Both the position numbers and the translations under genes were made by a program. A stretch of 64,000 nt of DNA from Gordius albopunctatus. Taxonomy: Eukaryota. Below, piece after piece: positions 10,958-24,480 of this stretch. The DNA lies in the NCBI GenBank assembly GCA_964276515.1, contig OZ193909.1, positions 12,090,001-12,154,000 of the forward strand, written 5' to 3'. Below the pieces are notes generated by a model. That model did not search any database. It saw nothing but the letters and a program-made list of their open reading frames with translations, and was not told the origin of the DNA. Each line of letters opens with the position of its first letter. Within the stretch, counting starts at the first letter, position 1.

Positions 10958-11776
10958 TATAGAAGTAGGCTTTTTTATTTATATATATAGTATAAAATTT
11001 GTGGTAGATAAAAAATAGCGCGAATAAAGGACGGGCCCTATAGTGGTCTAATATATAAGAGTCGTTCCAGATAAAACCTCCACGTAGCAAATAGGTTGAG
11101 TCAAAGAAAAATTTAAAATTAAATCGAACCATATTACTATATATAAGGCTTCGGCGTCAAGACGGACATAGAAACAAGAATGCATATTTTTACATCAACA
11201 TATTTTCATATTAAGATGCTATCAAGAGCCTAAGCAACCTATTAGCGCTTGCTTATAATTAGCATAACATGCCAGCACCACACAATATCCCCCTCTCTAA
11301 TAATGTATCTGCCTCAGTAAAAGGGGGAATATCTAAATTTAATTAATATATAGGTATAATAAATGTATTTTAATTTAGCTTACAATAAAATTTTTTAAAC
11401 AATTGTAACTTTAACTATTAATTATAAGATTTTTAACTTATTAATAATATAATAATTTGTTAATATCATTTAATATTACAAAAAAAATAAGAGAGAAATT
11501 TAGGGACTATATTTTCTTCGAAATCCTTGGCTATATATGAGAATATTAACCTTAGATCACCTACTAAACGTTTAGCATATCGCTAATATACACCTAATAG
11601 CGCTTAGGCTAATTTTTGCTATAGACTAAGCTCTCAGATTTTTATAAAAAATTCACCTAAGGTTTTAGGTTAATTTTGTGCTAATGCCTATCTTATAGGT
11701 TAGCGCGTCAATAAAACCTTCGAGGTTTTTAAAAAACCTGACATTCTGTTGTATCCTCAAGACTTAAGGGAGCAGG

Positions 11777-12138
11777 TGTAGTAGAAGTGGAGAATATTCA
11801 TATGCAGGGGATGGAATATTGTATCTTCATAGCGGGGAGAGCGGTCAAGATTAAGCACTTCAAAAAGATGTAAGAGCAGATAAGCTTAAAATTAGACCGG
11901 AAAAAGTTCTAGTACAGTAGATAAGCTTAAAATGAGGCCGGAAAAGGGGTAGTTCAAGAAGATAAAAAAGGTAGATAAGCTAAAAAAATGAGGCCGGGGT
12001 TTAATTTAATAGCATTTTTCTTATAAGGAACAGGCCGGGGTTAGGAAACTTGGGCATTATAAAAAGACCCTGTTTCCAGTTAGAGGGATTATTATATATA
12101 TTTTGTCATCGCTTTACGAAATTCCCTTCCTCGCTACA
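11777..12138 (+). mobile_element. Isolated LTR-like sequence
   Basis: Termini TGTAG...CTACA form an inverted repeat. It is preceded by the purine tract AAGGGAGCAGG and has three internal AGATAAGCT(T)AAAA..GGCCGG repeats. No second copy in the window. Confidence 0.5.
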
Positions 12139-12300
12139 ATCCCTAAGATAATTATAATTGCCACGCTAATTGTATCCTATGACGTGACTTGTATCGAATA
12201 TAAAGATCAAATAAAGTTCACTTATTGTAAAAAAAAAGGGACATGAATAAAAGGTGACATAAGTACAGGTGATTGTGAAAGGTGACATAAGTAGAGATTA

Positions 12301-15294
12301 GTAAGAACCTATAACTATGTAAAAGTTGGGGCATTTGCGAATAAACAACCGTGTATCAAGGTCAAGTTGAATGGGGAAACACATCTAATGTTGGTAGATA
12401 CCGGGTCCGCAATTACGATTATAAATAAAGAGGCATGGGTTACTTTAGGCAAGCCGAAATTAGACATGAAAGGTACGGTTAACGTCCGCTTGTTAACGGG
12501 GCAAGAATTGAAAGTCTTAGGTAAATGCATGGTAACAGTTAGGCACGATAAGAATATAAAAAGGGCAGAGGTGTATGTCATGGACTGGAAGGCCATTAAT
12601 ATCGTGGGGTGGGAATGGATTGATGCATGGTCGAAGGAATTTAACTGGTGGGATTGGGTGAGGAAGAGTGAGATAGCATTAGAAGTGATCTTTAAGGAAG
12701 GAGAGGGGGAGAGGGAGGATGGTGACGAGGTAAAAGAGTTGTTGCGGGAGTTTGAAACTGTTTTTGAAGACAGATTAGGACGGTGCAAAGGGGTAGAAGT
12801 AGAAATAGAATTAAAGGAAGGCGCTTTACCCAAGTTTTGTGTGGCGCGAAGAATACCATTCGAATGGAAGGAGGAAGTGGGGATAGAATTGGAAAAATGG
12901 CTGAAAGAGGGGGTAATAAAGGAAGTCATGTCGAGTTATTGGGCGACACCTTTAGTGCCAGTAAGAAAGGCAAATGGGGCATTAAGATTATGTGTGGATT
13001 TTCGGATAACGCTTAACCAATGCGTAAGGGATGTTAAGTACCCACTACCTCGGTTTTAGGAAATTGTAGCACGGTTGAGTGGCTGTCGATGGTATTCAAA
13101 GATCGATTTCGCCAGTGCTTATTTACAATTACCTGTTTCCGAGAAGACCAGTGGATATTTAACCATAAATACGCACAAGGGTTTATTTGCGTTTCTGCTG
13201 TTGCCATTTGGGCTCAGTGTGTCGGCCCCGATATTCCAAATGACAATGGCTGCCATTTTTCGGGATCTGGAAGGGGTATTTTATTATATGGATGATGTGT
13301 TAGTAAGTGGTAGGTCAAAGGCGGAGCATAATGCTCGGTTATATGAAGTGTTAAGCAGGATTAAAGAGAAGGGTATGATAGTAAGCAGGGAAAAAAGTGT
13401 GTTTGCGGTGGAGGAAGTAACGTATTTGGGTCATGTATTAAAGGGAGATACGATAGAGCCGGTAGCTGACAAGGTGGAGGTTATCAGGAGTTTGAGGGTT
13501 CTGAATACGAAGAAGGAACTACAGAGCTTCTTGGGGATATTCAATTATTATAGTAAGTTTATAAAAGATTTTGCTCAGTTGGCAGCACCTTTATATAGCG
13601 TGATACGTAGGAGGATAGATTTTAAATGGGACGAAAGTTGTCAGTATAGTTTTGAGCAGTTAAAGCAATCTCTGGCCGCTATGCCTGTATTAGTATGCTT
13701 TGACAATGAAAGGGAGACAAGATTAGCGGTAGATGCGTCGATGTTGGGTGTCGGGGGAGTATTATTACAGCTGGAAGAAGGAGTAGAGAGACCCATTTTA
13801 TATTTTTCACGGGAGTTAAGGGACTGCGAATTGCGATATTCGGTAATTGAGAAAGAGGCGTTAGCCATGGTATATGGAGTGGTAAGATGTAGGGAATACC
13901 TAATAGGCCGGACGTTTACCGTATATACCGATCATAAACCGTTAAGAGATTTATTTAAGAAGGACAATAACCAGTTAATGCTGTCCCCGAGACTCCAAAG
14001 GTGGTTAATATTAATGGGAGGTTTTAATGTTAGCATCGAATATAGACCGGGAAAGATGAACTATTTGCCGGATATTTTGTCTAGGTGGGTGCCCCATGAA
14101 AAGGATGCGAATGAAGGGACGAATAGTCAGGAATATAAAGAGGGTACAGGTGAGTACGAGAACGTGGCGGCGCTTAGAGTGGAGATAAGGGGGCCCGTCT
14201 CGTGTGAGCGGATAAGAGATAGCATGGTCGGGGATTTGATGTTACAGAAGGTGGTTGAATGTGTGCAAGGGAATAGGGAATGGGGCATGGAAGAAAGAGC
14301 ATATCGGAGAGTAAGAAAGGAGCTGCACTTGGTAGAGGGATGTATAATGAGGGGAGCACGAATAGTAATACCGGAAAGTTTAAGGAGGGAGGCGTTAGAG
14401 GTAGTGCATGCGGGTCATCAAGGGATAAGTAAGATGAAACAATGGGCACGGGAATATATGTGGTGGCCTGAAATGACCCAGGATATCGAAGATTGGGCCA
14501 AAGCATGTGAAGCTTGTAATGTAGTGGGGGATATGCCGAGGGGGAGAAGGAAGAGTAGATGGAAATCGGCCGCTAGGGCTTGGGAGAGGGTACATGTAGA
14601 CTTCTTTGAGTGGAGAGGCAAGGCGTTTTTATTGGTGGTAGACGCGTATTCTAAGTGGGTGGAATTTTTTAAAGTAAGTAAAATGTCGGGAAGGGTGGTG
14701 ATTGGCATTATGAAAGGATTGTTTGGAAAATATGGATTGCCCATAAGGGTTGTATCGGACGGAGGACCGGCCTTCATTAGTAAGGAGTTGAGCACATTTT
14801 TTATTGAGCAAGGGGTAAGACATGAAGTGATTGCGCCGTATTATCCGCAATCAAATGGCCAGGCAGAGAGAATGGTAGGAATAGTAAAAATCTGGTTCAA
14901 AAAGGAGGAAGCGGGTGGGGGAGAATTATGGAAAATGCAAATGGTATACAATAGTACCAGTAAACTGGGAGAAAGATCACCGAGTGAGAAGTTCTTAGGT
15001 AAAAGGGGTAGATGTTGGATAGACTTCTTCAGAAAGGAGAATGGAGAGGAGGTAAGAGAAAGAACCAAGTTCAAAAGAGGGGATCTGGTGTGGTTGAGGC
15101 TATTTAATGCTAAAGTCAAATGGACCCCGGGAGTCATTAGGAAGGCAGACAGTAATTTCAAATATTGGGTAGAAGATAGCGATGGGAATGAAATGGCACG
15201 TCATGTGAATCAGTTAAAGAGGAGGAAAGAGTTCGGGGATATAGGGATGCAGTTAAGAGGTAGGTGTTTGGACAGGCCTGAAGATGTTACTTAG
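12301..15294 (+). pseudogene. Ty3/Gypsy (Mag-like) pol: protease, RT, RNase H, integrase; one in-frame TAG at 13057-13059; gag missing
   Basis: Motifs are LVDTGS protease, LRLCVDF and YPLP, YMDD RT, DAS...EKE...TDHKPL RNase H, HAGHQG..CEAC zinc finger, HVDF..SDGG..NGQAER integrase core and a C-terminal RHVNQLK. ORFs 12367-13059 and 13075-15294 share one frame. Confidence 0.96.
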
Positions 15295-16605
15295 TATAAC
15301 TTAGCCGTTGTAAATATACCATCACTGTCTGTTACATATGTGTTAGTTATATGATATACCAATGTATTGTAATGATATTTCAATATATTATAATAGTAAA
15401 TAAATAAAAAAAAAAATAAAAAAAAGAATATATATAAAAAAAAGAGAAAAAAAAAAAAAAATATATATAAAAAAAAGAAAAAAAAAGGAGTAAAAACATA
15501 GAAATGTTGTATCTCAGTAAAAACAAGCGCGATGTCGCGATAAATATGTGTATGGAAATGTAACCCAGATTATGATGTACATGTATGAGTTGAGAAATTG
15601 TATTCCTCACTATCGCGATTTCGCAGAATATTATATACACAATTGTAACATAAGAATTGTATTACGCACTTCGGGTATAAAATAGTGTCGCGGAAGTGAA
15701 GAATTAATATGTATGTTGCAATATTTATATATTGGTATGCTGTATATCACTCATTCACTTAAAAAAAAATAAATAAAAAAAAATAAAAATAATAATGAAA
15801 AAAATAAATAATGTAAAGTATCAAAGGTGAAGTGAGGTATTATTGCGATGTTGTATGTGTACTTGGATAATATTTCGGTTGCGATGTTGTATGTGTACTT
15901 GGATAGTATTTCGGTGTTATATCAGTTGTTTTATACGGATGGATTATAGTATTTCCGTTTTATATTAATTTTCTCATATTTCTATTGTATAATTATAGTC
16001 GTGTATGTTTACTTTATTTTTATATTCTCATATTTTTATTGTGTATTTATATTCTCATATTGGTATTGGATATTTTTATGCTCATTCGGTGTATATAATA
16101 CTTATGCCACATTGTTCGGGTAGCTGTAGTGTGTTGTCGATGTAAAACTGTAAAGATGTGTAACGATGGATTTGAAATATCGTTGCTGTGTTGAGATGTA
16201 TATCAGGAAAGGTATATGAATATTGTAATCTTTTTATTGTGGACTTATACTCGTATATGTTTTATGTGGTATATATATTTTCATGCTGTTTATATATTTA
16301 TGTCGCATCGTCGTGTAATAGTAGTGAGTTATTGAGAGAAAGCGTCTAAGGATATGTAACGTCAAGGGGAAGTAGCAAGGTTGTATTGCTAATGTTATTA
16401 CGGAAATTGTGAATATCGCTATTGTTATTACGCGGAGTGTCTGTAGAAAAATATAGTGTATTATTGTAGTCGGTGTATATCGCGCTCAGTTATTCGAGTA
16501 TAAATATTTGGGAGGGGTTAGCAACCTAAAGACGGAAGCACGTCGGAACTATGGGTATCGGCATTGGGGCAAGCAAGGAAAAAGGAAAAGAGTAAAAAAG
16601 GGAGA

Positions 16606-17011
16606 TGTCATATATGTCACATATGGATTCGTTGAAGACGAGCAACGAGAGGCGCGGCATTTACCAGGTGCGGGACGATAGCAAGTGAGAGACAAAATAA
16701 ATCTAGGAAGAGTAACGGGAAGGACGCAAAGGAGAATAACAACTGGCGCGGGACACACAAAGAGAGTATTATCAGAGACAATAACAACTGGTGAATGACA
16801 ACTGGTGCAAGACACGAGAAGAAAAGAAGTGTATCCGAATAAAAGGGAACATCGGCGCACAGACAATATCAATTAATAAATTTTCTTGAATATAAATAAA
16901 TCGTTTGTGGCATAATTTTTACTTGAAATAAAATATTTATCGGAAGTACGATTTATTCGAGGACGAATTATTCTCTGATCTAATTTTGGACTTACGATTT
17001 AGTCACGGACA
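16606..17011 (+). mobile_element. Probable 3' LTR of the Gypsy element
   Basis: Polypurine tract GAGTAAAAAAGGGAGA immediately precedes TGTC. The segment ends in GACA and has internal AATAAA signals. Confidence 0.65.
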
Positions 17012-17647
17012 TAATAATTCTATTAGGTTAGGCTACCAAAACCTAGGTTTACCCATCACTAATTGAAACATATTTATGTAATAAAAATTGATATATTTTT
17101 TTAATATGAATTACCAATTTTTAACAATTTATCTTACAGTTAAGTACTATATTCCAATTAACCTATAACAAATTAAAAGCGTTCATTGAAATTTAAATAG
17201 AACTCTGTTGCATAAGCTTTTTATTGAATGTAATCTCAAGAAATTACAACGGTAAAAAAGTGTATAAAATTTAGGGTTTAGCATAAACGTAAACCAATTT
17301 AATTCGTCAGAATGAAAACATCCCGAAAAAATTCAATTTTGAATTCTACACTCGCGCGTGTCAAAATTTCAAATACTTTTTTTACAAAACTTAATTCTAA
17401 CATATTGTAGTATTGCGCTCACAACTTTGCCCTGATCAGCCAACACCATCGATTTTAACATCTTGAATTTTTAATATTCTAAAGTCGTTAATTCCTTACA
17501 ATACCGTTTCTCCACAAGTATCTAATACGAATCGATCAGTTAAATAATAAACTTGTAAAATCAAGTACAAAAACTTTATTAAGGACTGCTATACGCGAAG
17601 AGTTTATAAAACACATATAAACATGGTAGCACCGCCGACAACGCACT

Positions 17648-19256
17648 TCAAAAATGATGATGAAATTCGATGCTCTTGGGTGGTGGAAAGTCGAAAGCTT
17701 TTTTTTTAATGCTACTTCTATGACAGAGTAATTTCATGGTTTCTTCATCAATATCGTGATGCGATTTAATTTCTTCGGCCAAATGCTGGGGCATTTGAAG
17801 GATTTGTGTCTTACTCACTTGCATTGCGATTCCTTCGGGTAAGTTGCGTTCGATGTATTCCAGAAAAGCACTAAGTGTGGAGCCAGTCAAATGACGAATC
17901 TATAAAGATCCAAATGACGAAAATTAATTTTGAGGCCGGCCAGTTGTTGTCTACCCCCTCCAAGCCATAATGCAAATTTATACCATAATTTAAATTCCTG
18001 ACAAAGCCCAAGCTTATAGAAGATTTTATTATAGACAAAACCTTTCTTTTATTAGTTTCGCTTATAACTTAACATGAACAGATCTAATCAATTATAATTT
18101 AAGTTTTTTAGAACACTTCTTGGTTATAGCCACTCAAAGATCTTATAAAATCACAACTTAGTCGAATAATCTTTAAAGTTTTAAATGTGTCTACAAATAA
18201 TAAATAAAACTTTTTTGGTTATTTATGGTTAAATTGGTCGACTTATTACCTTAACGATTTTAAAACACCCCAAATTAACACAAGGTATCTTAACTTTTAG
18301 TAAAGAATCATCAATAATTTGGTTAAGGTTGCAAAGATCAAAAACTGGCAAATAAATTTATTTCTTAATGGCACATAATAAATAATTAAACTCACTTATT
18401 TCAAACTTAAAAATAAAAAATTATATCAAACAAAAATTTCTATAGAATTAACACAATATGTTTCATGAGGTAAACAGTATTTAAAAAAAGGTGGTTTAAA
18501 AAATGCTTTGATGAGTAATTAAAATAAGCTTAAAAGGTTAATCAGTATAATTATTCCTAATACTTCTATGACTTTCCTATATGTTCTCCACTCATATTGC
18601 ACCCTGTGTTTTTTGTGCACATGAGCTGATTTAAGTAACGTACGACGGTGCATTTCTTTGGGGAGTGATTTGCTAAAAAATTGATAATTTTATAAGTATT
18701 TTATAATTTATTGTATATTTTTTGACTTTAGAAAAGTCATGAGCAATTTATACCAAAGAATTTTATTAGTTCCTTTTTAGTCAATCATTTATGCTTGTAT
18801 CAATTGTTGTAATAGGTCAAATATTAAATAATTTAGCGGAATTATAGTGATACACATTTAAACAAAATGTTAAAATTAGTGTAGATTATAGGTTGCCAAT
18901 TACATAAACTATAGCTTAATATTAAAAATACAAAAATATTTTTCAAACATGAGGATTACTACACATAATCTTACACTTCTGCAACGTCTATATCCAATTC
19001 TATGGTAGTCATTAAAATAAATTGTAGGTAACTTTTGATGACTTCATTGTCATGACCCCGTATTTCTAACAAAACTTTTTTAAATAAATCATCATATTTG
19101 ACATTTGACATGTTAGCTAATGCTGTAGTTTCTAAATCTGTTGAAGAAAAAGCGGCCTAATAATATTCATATTAGAGCTTATAAATATACCTTGTTCAAT
19201 ACCAATGGTCTGAATAAATTCGACAGAATCCTACTAGATTGGATTCTTGACGACAT
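17648..19256 (-). CDS. MRPS10: Mitochondrial ribosomal protein S10 (uS10m), exons 19256-19191, 19156-18975, 18672-18564, 17899-17648
   Basis: Spliced product: presequence-like [18 protein letters not shown], then [43 protein letters not shown] and [28 protein letters not shown]. Intron phases are compatible. A probable 37-nt 5' UTR intron lies at 19276-19312. Confidence 0.94.
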
Positions 19257-19959
19257 TGCTACTTTCTCTCGTGAGCTTAAAAGAATGTATTAGCCACAAA
19301 TATGAATCTTACAATTTTAACAGAAACTTAGCTATTTGTGGTGAAACACGATTCATATACGCAAGAATTATCCAGGACGAGGATTGATTACAGGAATCGG
19401 GCCCAAAATTCAATGAGACAAAATAAAAGTTAAATGTATGAGATGTATGATGATGTATCATATGGTTGAAAAAGAAAAACTACACACATAATATATTGTA
19501 TAAAATATAGATTAAATGAATAGTTTATACCAAATAATAGGTATATGTAAATAAAGATAAATTAAATGAAGTATTATAAACATTGACATTATACTAAAAA
19601 GGATTATATTAAACTTCTAACTTAACGTATTGTAACATAGGTATATAAAAATAAATAAATTGTTTTATACGATTAAGGTTACACTGCCACATAAAATCTA
19701 ATAATATCAAGTTTTACTAATTGCCAGTTTTATATCTGAAGAATTTAATAGGCTTAAATATAAAATATGTTAGCAGAATACCTAAAAAGTTTATATTGGA
19801 TGTTAGAGTGTAGATTATTGTAGCATAGGATTAAATACATTATATAAAATCTAATAACTTGAAGTGTTGAGTTATTAACTGGGTTTTAATAGGTTTAAAT
19901 ACAAAGTGTATTAACAGAATACCTTAAGAGTTTATTTTAGTTGTTATAGCGTAGAATAA

Positions 19960-22900
19960 TAACACTACCAACGACGGTCCCAAGTCCGTGTGAAAAAAGT
20001 GGAGGGTTGGCGTCAGGTCGGAAGCCGGCTGTAAAAAGCAACTCCAAACACCATGGCAGCTTCAAATACGAACTTATTCCAGAATGCTAGGGCGTCCTCC
20101 CCAAACGACGCGCATTGCATCATCCACCCGTGCAATGTGAAAAGTATACAAGGGTCACCGCCTCACTCACAACGAAGGCGGTTAAGGAACCTAGTTGTCG
20201 AACGGACAAGAGTGGCTAGCTGGAATGTTGGCACGCTGACGGGGAAGAGCATCGAGGTTGCGCAGATGCTAAAAAGACGAAGGATACACATAGCGTGTCT
20301 ACAAGAAACACGGTGGCATGGAACAAAAGCCAGGGAGCTAGGAGATGGTTACAAGCTATACTACTCGGGTTCCCCATCACGGAAGAACGGGGTCGGTATA
20401 GTGCTTAGCGATTCCTTTAAGGACAAGGTAGTCGAAGTCAAACGATGCTCGGATAGATTGATGTGCATAAAGCTGGCGGATCAAGGCGGCCTTGTCAATG
20501 TTATTTGTGCGTATTCGCCCCAGGTTGGATGTTCCGAAAACGAGAAGGACGAATTCTATGAGAAGCTCGAAGAAGAAATACGCTACGTGAAGCCTGACGA
20601 GAATCTCATCATCGGAGCAGACTTTAATGGGCACTTTGGGAAAGAAAGGGGCGTGTACGAACGAAATCACGGCGGGCATGGCTATGGAGTGAAAAATAAA
20701 GAGGGAGAGAAGTTACTACAGATGGCGCAAGCTTACGATATGGCCATTGTGAATACCTTCTTTCAGAAGCGTACCGAACATTTAGCGACGTACAGTAGTG
20801 GAAATCACCTTACACAGGTCGACTACATATTAGTGAAGCGCATAAATTTGTGGCAAGTTAAAGATTGCAAGGTTATACCGGGGGAAGAAATCGCCAAACA
20901 ACATCGGCCAGTTGTCCTCGATATAGCAAGAAAGATTTTTCCCGTAAGGAGAAAAGTCTACACACCAAGGACAAAGTACGAAAAGCTTAAGGATGATCAT
21001 GCAAATGAAATGTTTCACACTCGAGCAACTCCGCTCTTGAAGGTTGCAGGCTTGGAGGGCGACATTAACAAAAGGTGGGGCACCGTTGCAAATGTTCTAA
21101 AGGAAACGGCCTTACAAATATTGGGACGAACTAAGGGCGGCAGAGCTCACAAGCGTGAACTATGGTGGTGGAATGACTCGGTCAAAGAGGTTATAGAAGA
21201 AAAGAAGGCGTTGTACCTACGATGGTACAAAACGAAGAAAGGAGAAGACTACGAGGCATATCGTGAAGCGAAACGCAAAGCTAAGATAGCAGTCGCGATA
21301 GCGAAGAACAACGCTTACACCGAGATGGCAAACAAGCTTGATACCAAGGGCGGCGACATAGTCATGTATAAACTCGCAAAGATCAGGGAGAAAAAAGTCG
21401 AGATGTCGGGACACTTAAAGTCATTAAAAGCGAAGAGGGACGAACGTTGTGCAAACCGAAGGAAGTCATCAAAAGATGGAAAGATTATTTCCAAAATATG
21501 ATGAACAAAACAAATGATAGAAGACCGCTAGAGAGGGTGGAACCGAACTCGAACTTGGTTTTACCATTTCAGGCTTATGAAATAGGAGCACAACTAACGA
21601 AGATGCGGAAAGGGAAAGCGCTAGGTCCCGATGATCTACCGATCGAAGCTTGGCTTGGGTGTAAAGGAGAAGGAATCGACATAATGACAGGCCTATTTAA
21701 CGCTATGCTGTATGAGAGTCGTATCCCTGACCAATGGAGGTAAAGTACGATCATACCCATATACAAAGGTAAAGGAGACGCGCAGGAATGTGGCAACTTT
21801 AGAGGTATCAAGTTGACCTGCCACTCACTAAAACTACTAGAAAGGGTGCTAGTGAAAAGGCTCAATGACGAAGTTTGTCTCTCGCCCAATCAGTTTGGAT
21901 TTGTGGCCGGTAAATCAACGATGGACCCAATCTTTGCGTTGAAGCAGACGATGGAAAAATATGGCGACATAAGAAAGAAATTACACATGGTCTTCATCGA
22001 TTTAGAAAAGGCCTACGATACGGTTCCGAGAGACTTAATATGGTGGTCCCTTAGAGCCAGAAATATACCCGAAGGATATGTTCGACTTATCAAGGAAATG
22101 TATAATGGCGCGGTTGCATCTGTTAGGACTACCGTAGGAGTAACGAAACCCTTCCGAATAATGATCGGACTACATCAAGGATCAGCGTTAAGCCCATTCT
22201 TGTTTAATCTAATTATGGATACAATAACAAAGGACTTGCACAAGCCAGCCCCTTGGACTATGCTATATGCCGACGATATTGTCCTATGCGATGATACAAG
22301 AGAAGGGGTTTTTCATCAGGCGAAAAAATGGTCAGAACATTTCTGGGAATTCGGGTTAAAGGTCAGCGAGAAGAAAACGCTTTACATGCAAACGATGGGC
22401 GGTAGTCCGCAAATGCACAAAATTGACGGTCCAAGGTACACGGAGGTTGATAAGTTCACATATCTTGGCTCGCTATTACATCAAGAGGGAGGATGTACCG
22501 CCGAAGTCCATTCTCGGATCAAGAAAGCATGGCTCAAGTGGCGCAGCATCTCCGGTGTCATGTGTGACAAAAAGATACCAATTTGGTTGAAAAGCAAGGC
22601 GTACAAAACCATCGTGCGACCGGTCTTGCTTTACGGAAGCGAAACATGGGCTGTAACCAGCGCGGAGGAGAAACTCTTGCAAGTCACGGAAATGAGAATG
22701 GTGCGATGGAGCTTAGGCTACACCAAGCTGGATCGCATGACGAACGAATCCTTGATGACAAAGATGGGTATACAAGCGACGAAGGACTTCTTAAGAGAAA
22801 ATCGACTGCGGTGGTACGGCCATGTATTACGAAGAGACGAAGACGATGTCACACGCCGAACGCTGGAGATGGACGTGCCTGGAAGAAGAGGAAGGGGCAG

Positions 22901-23053
22901 ACCACGTGCCACCTGGAAACGACTGGTCGAAAAGGATATGGACGTCAAACAGATGGAAATTGGTATGGCATTCACACGACTCAGATGGAAGAGGCTGCTG
23001 AAAACGTACCCCACGTCTGTGGGATTTTCAACACGATAAAGAAGAAGAAGAAG
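19960..23053 (+). mobile_element. Near-full-length RTE-clade LINE (AP endonuclease plus RT) with two lesions
   Basis: APE motifs SWNVGTL, LQET, GADFNGH and QVDYILV; RT motifs DLEKAYD, GLHQGSALSP and YADD; (GAA)n tail at 23040-23053. There is a 1-nt deletion in the A-run at about 21391-21396 and a TAA at 21741-21743. Confidence 0.96.
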
Positions 23054-23443
23054 ACCAAGGGTTAACAAAGGGTCTCAATTTGCTCAATTATGCAACTAAG
23101 TCAACTATAAGCGAACGTATTATTAAGTCTATTTATAGTTGACAAAAAAGTAAATTTGATACAAATGTTATAATTTGCTAGAACATTCACATTTAATTTT
23201 CTATACTTCAAATTTATTTATAGTCTTTTAGTCTGCACTTTCCATAGAAAATGTTATCTTTATTAATTAATTTATATCTTTATATTGTCAATGAGATGTC
23301 GTGTCCCACTAAATCTTTAAAAAGTTTGTGTCTTAAAGTTTCTTAAAAATATAAAAATTTGCCATTTGGATTTTTAACACTTTTTTAATATTTTTAATAA
23401 AACAGGAGAAATTTTTATTCCGTATATATTTTTTTTCAAAAGA

Positions 23444-24480
23444 TCGAGACGAGACGAGATCGAGATTTTTCTAGACCGAGACGAGACGAGATCGAGATTT
23501 TCATAATCACTCCCGAGACGATACGAGATTTTGTTTTCGAGACCGAGACGAGACGAGATCGAAACACTATAAGCATTTTTTTGGAAGAACATAAAAGTTT
23601 TGAAATCTTAGGTTAATTGCACATATATAATTTAATTAAAGTTGTTAAATATAAAATTCAAACAATTTTATACTTAATCCAGTTATTATTAATTTTCGCA
23701 TAAAATAATTACGTACTAATAAAGTTTTTGTTAAATAAAAAATTATATAATATATACAATTATTTTGTCATTTTTTAAGAATAGTTTGATATATAATAAC
23801 TGTTAAATGTATATATTTTCTGAAGCATCTAGGTTGGCTGAAAAAAAGTTTTTAATTCCTTATTAACTTGAGTAGGGTAAAGGTATAGTAATCCTCATGA
23901 TGGTAACGTTTAAGATGTCGTTGAAAACTTGATCAGTCATTTTTTCTGCTTTAAAGCATAATTAACCTTTCCTCATTTTATTTGATTCACCCTTGGATAC
24001 TGTGAATTGGTTAAGCAGCTTGCTTTTTTAGTTGGATGATGAACTTGTTATGCATCAACTCATTATAGGTCATAAATACATAATTAATTGTTCATATACC
24101 CTAAGAGCCACTAATAATATGTTTTCTACTGAATAAGATTACCTATATTACACATTTGAAATTTGCACGAAGCCGATAATTAGGTGCCTAAGTAATTTAG
24201 TATCAAAAGTTTCAAAATTATATTAATTTGCATAAAATATCCTAAATGTAAATCTCATAAAATAAAATTTTCTAATTAGCTAAATTTATTAATTGGAATT
24301 AAATATCCTAAATGTAAATCTCATAAAAATTCTTAATTAGCTAAATAAGTCTCAATAGTTACAAATAAAAATTACAGTGGAGATCTCGCTGATAAAATCT
24401 CGTCTCGTCTCGTCTCTTCTCTTCTCGAGGTAAAAATTCTCGTCTCGATCTCGATTCAAATTTTCAAATACCGAGATTTT
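23444..24480 (-). mobile_element. Internally deleted hAT element with a BED zinc-finger remnant
   Basis: (CGAGA)n arrays at 23444-23562 are mirrored by (TCTCG)n at 24398-24455. The minus strand at about 23935-23880 reads SSFQRHLKRYHHEDY. Confidence 0.6.

Noticed and set aside
10122..11132. Track ORFs 10122-10484, 10467-10775, 10818-11018 and 10890-11132 as genes
   Set aside because: They are antisense or off-frame shadows of the CRE reading frame.
13057..13059. TAG as programmed readthrough
   Set aside because: It lies inside the RT N-terminus rather than at a gag-pol boundary; a single nonsense mutation is simpler.
12315..15161. Long antisense ORFs over the Gypsy pol
   Set aside because: Explained by the strong compositional skew of the coding strand; low-complexity S/P/L/F products with no motifs.
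19690..19960. Diverged ~150-bp tandem duplication as a repeat-protein exon
   Set aside because: The frames I translated hit stop codons and show no LRR or ankyrin periodicity.
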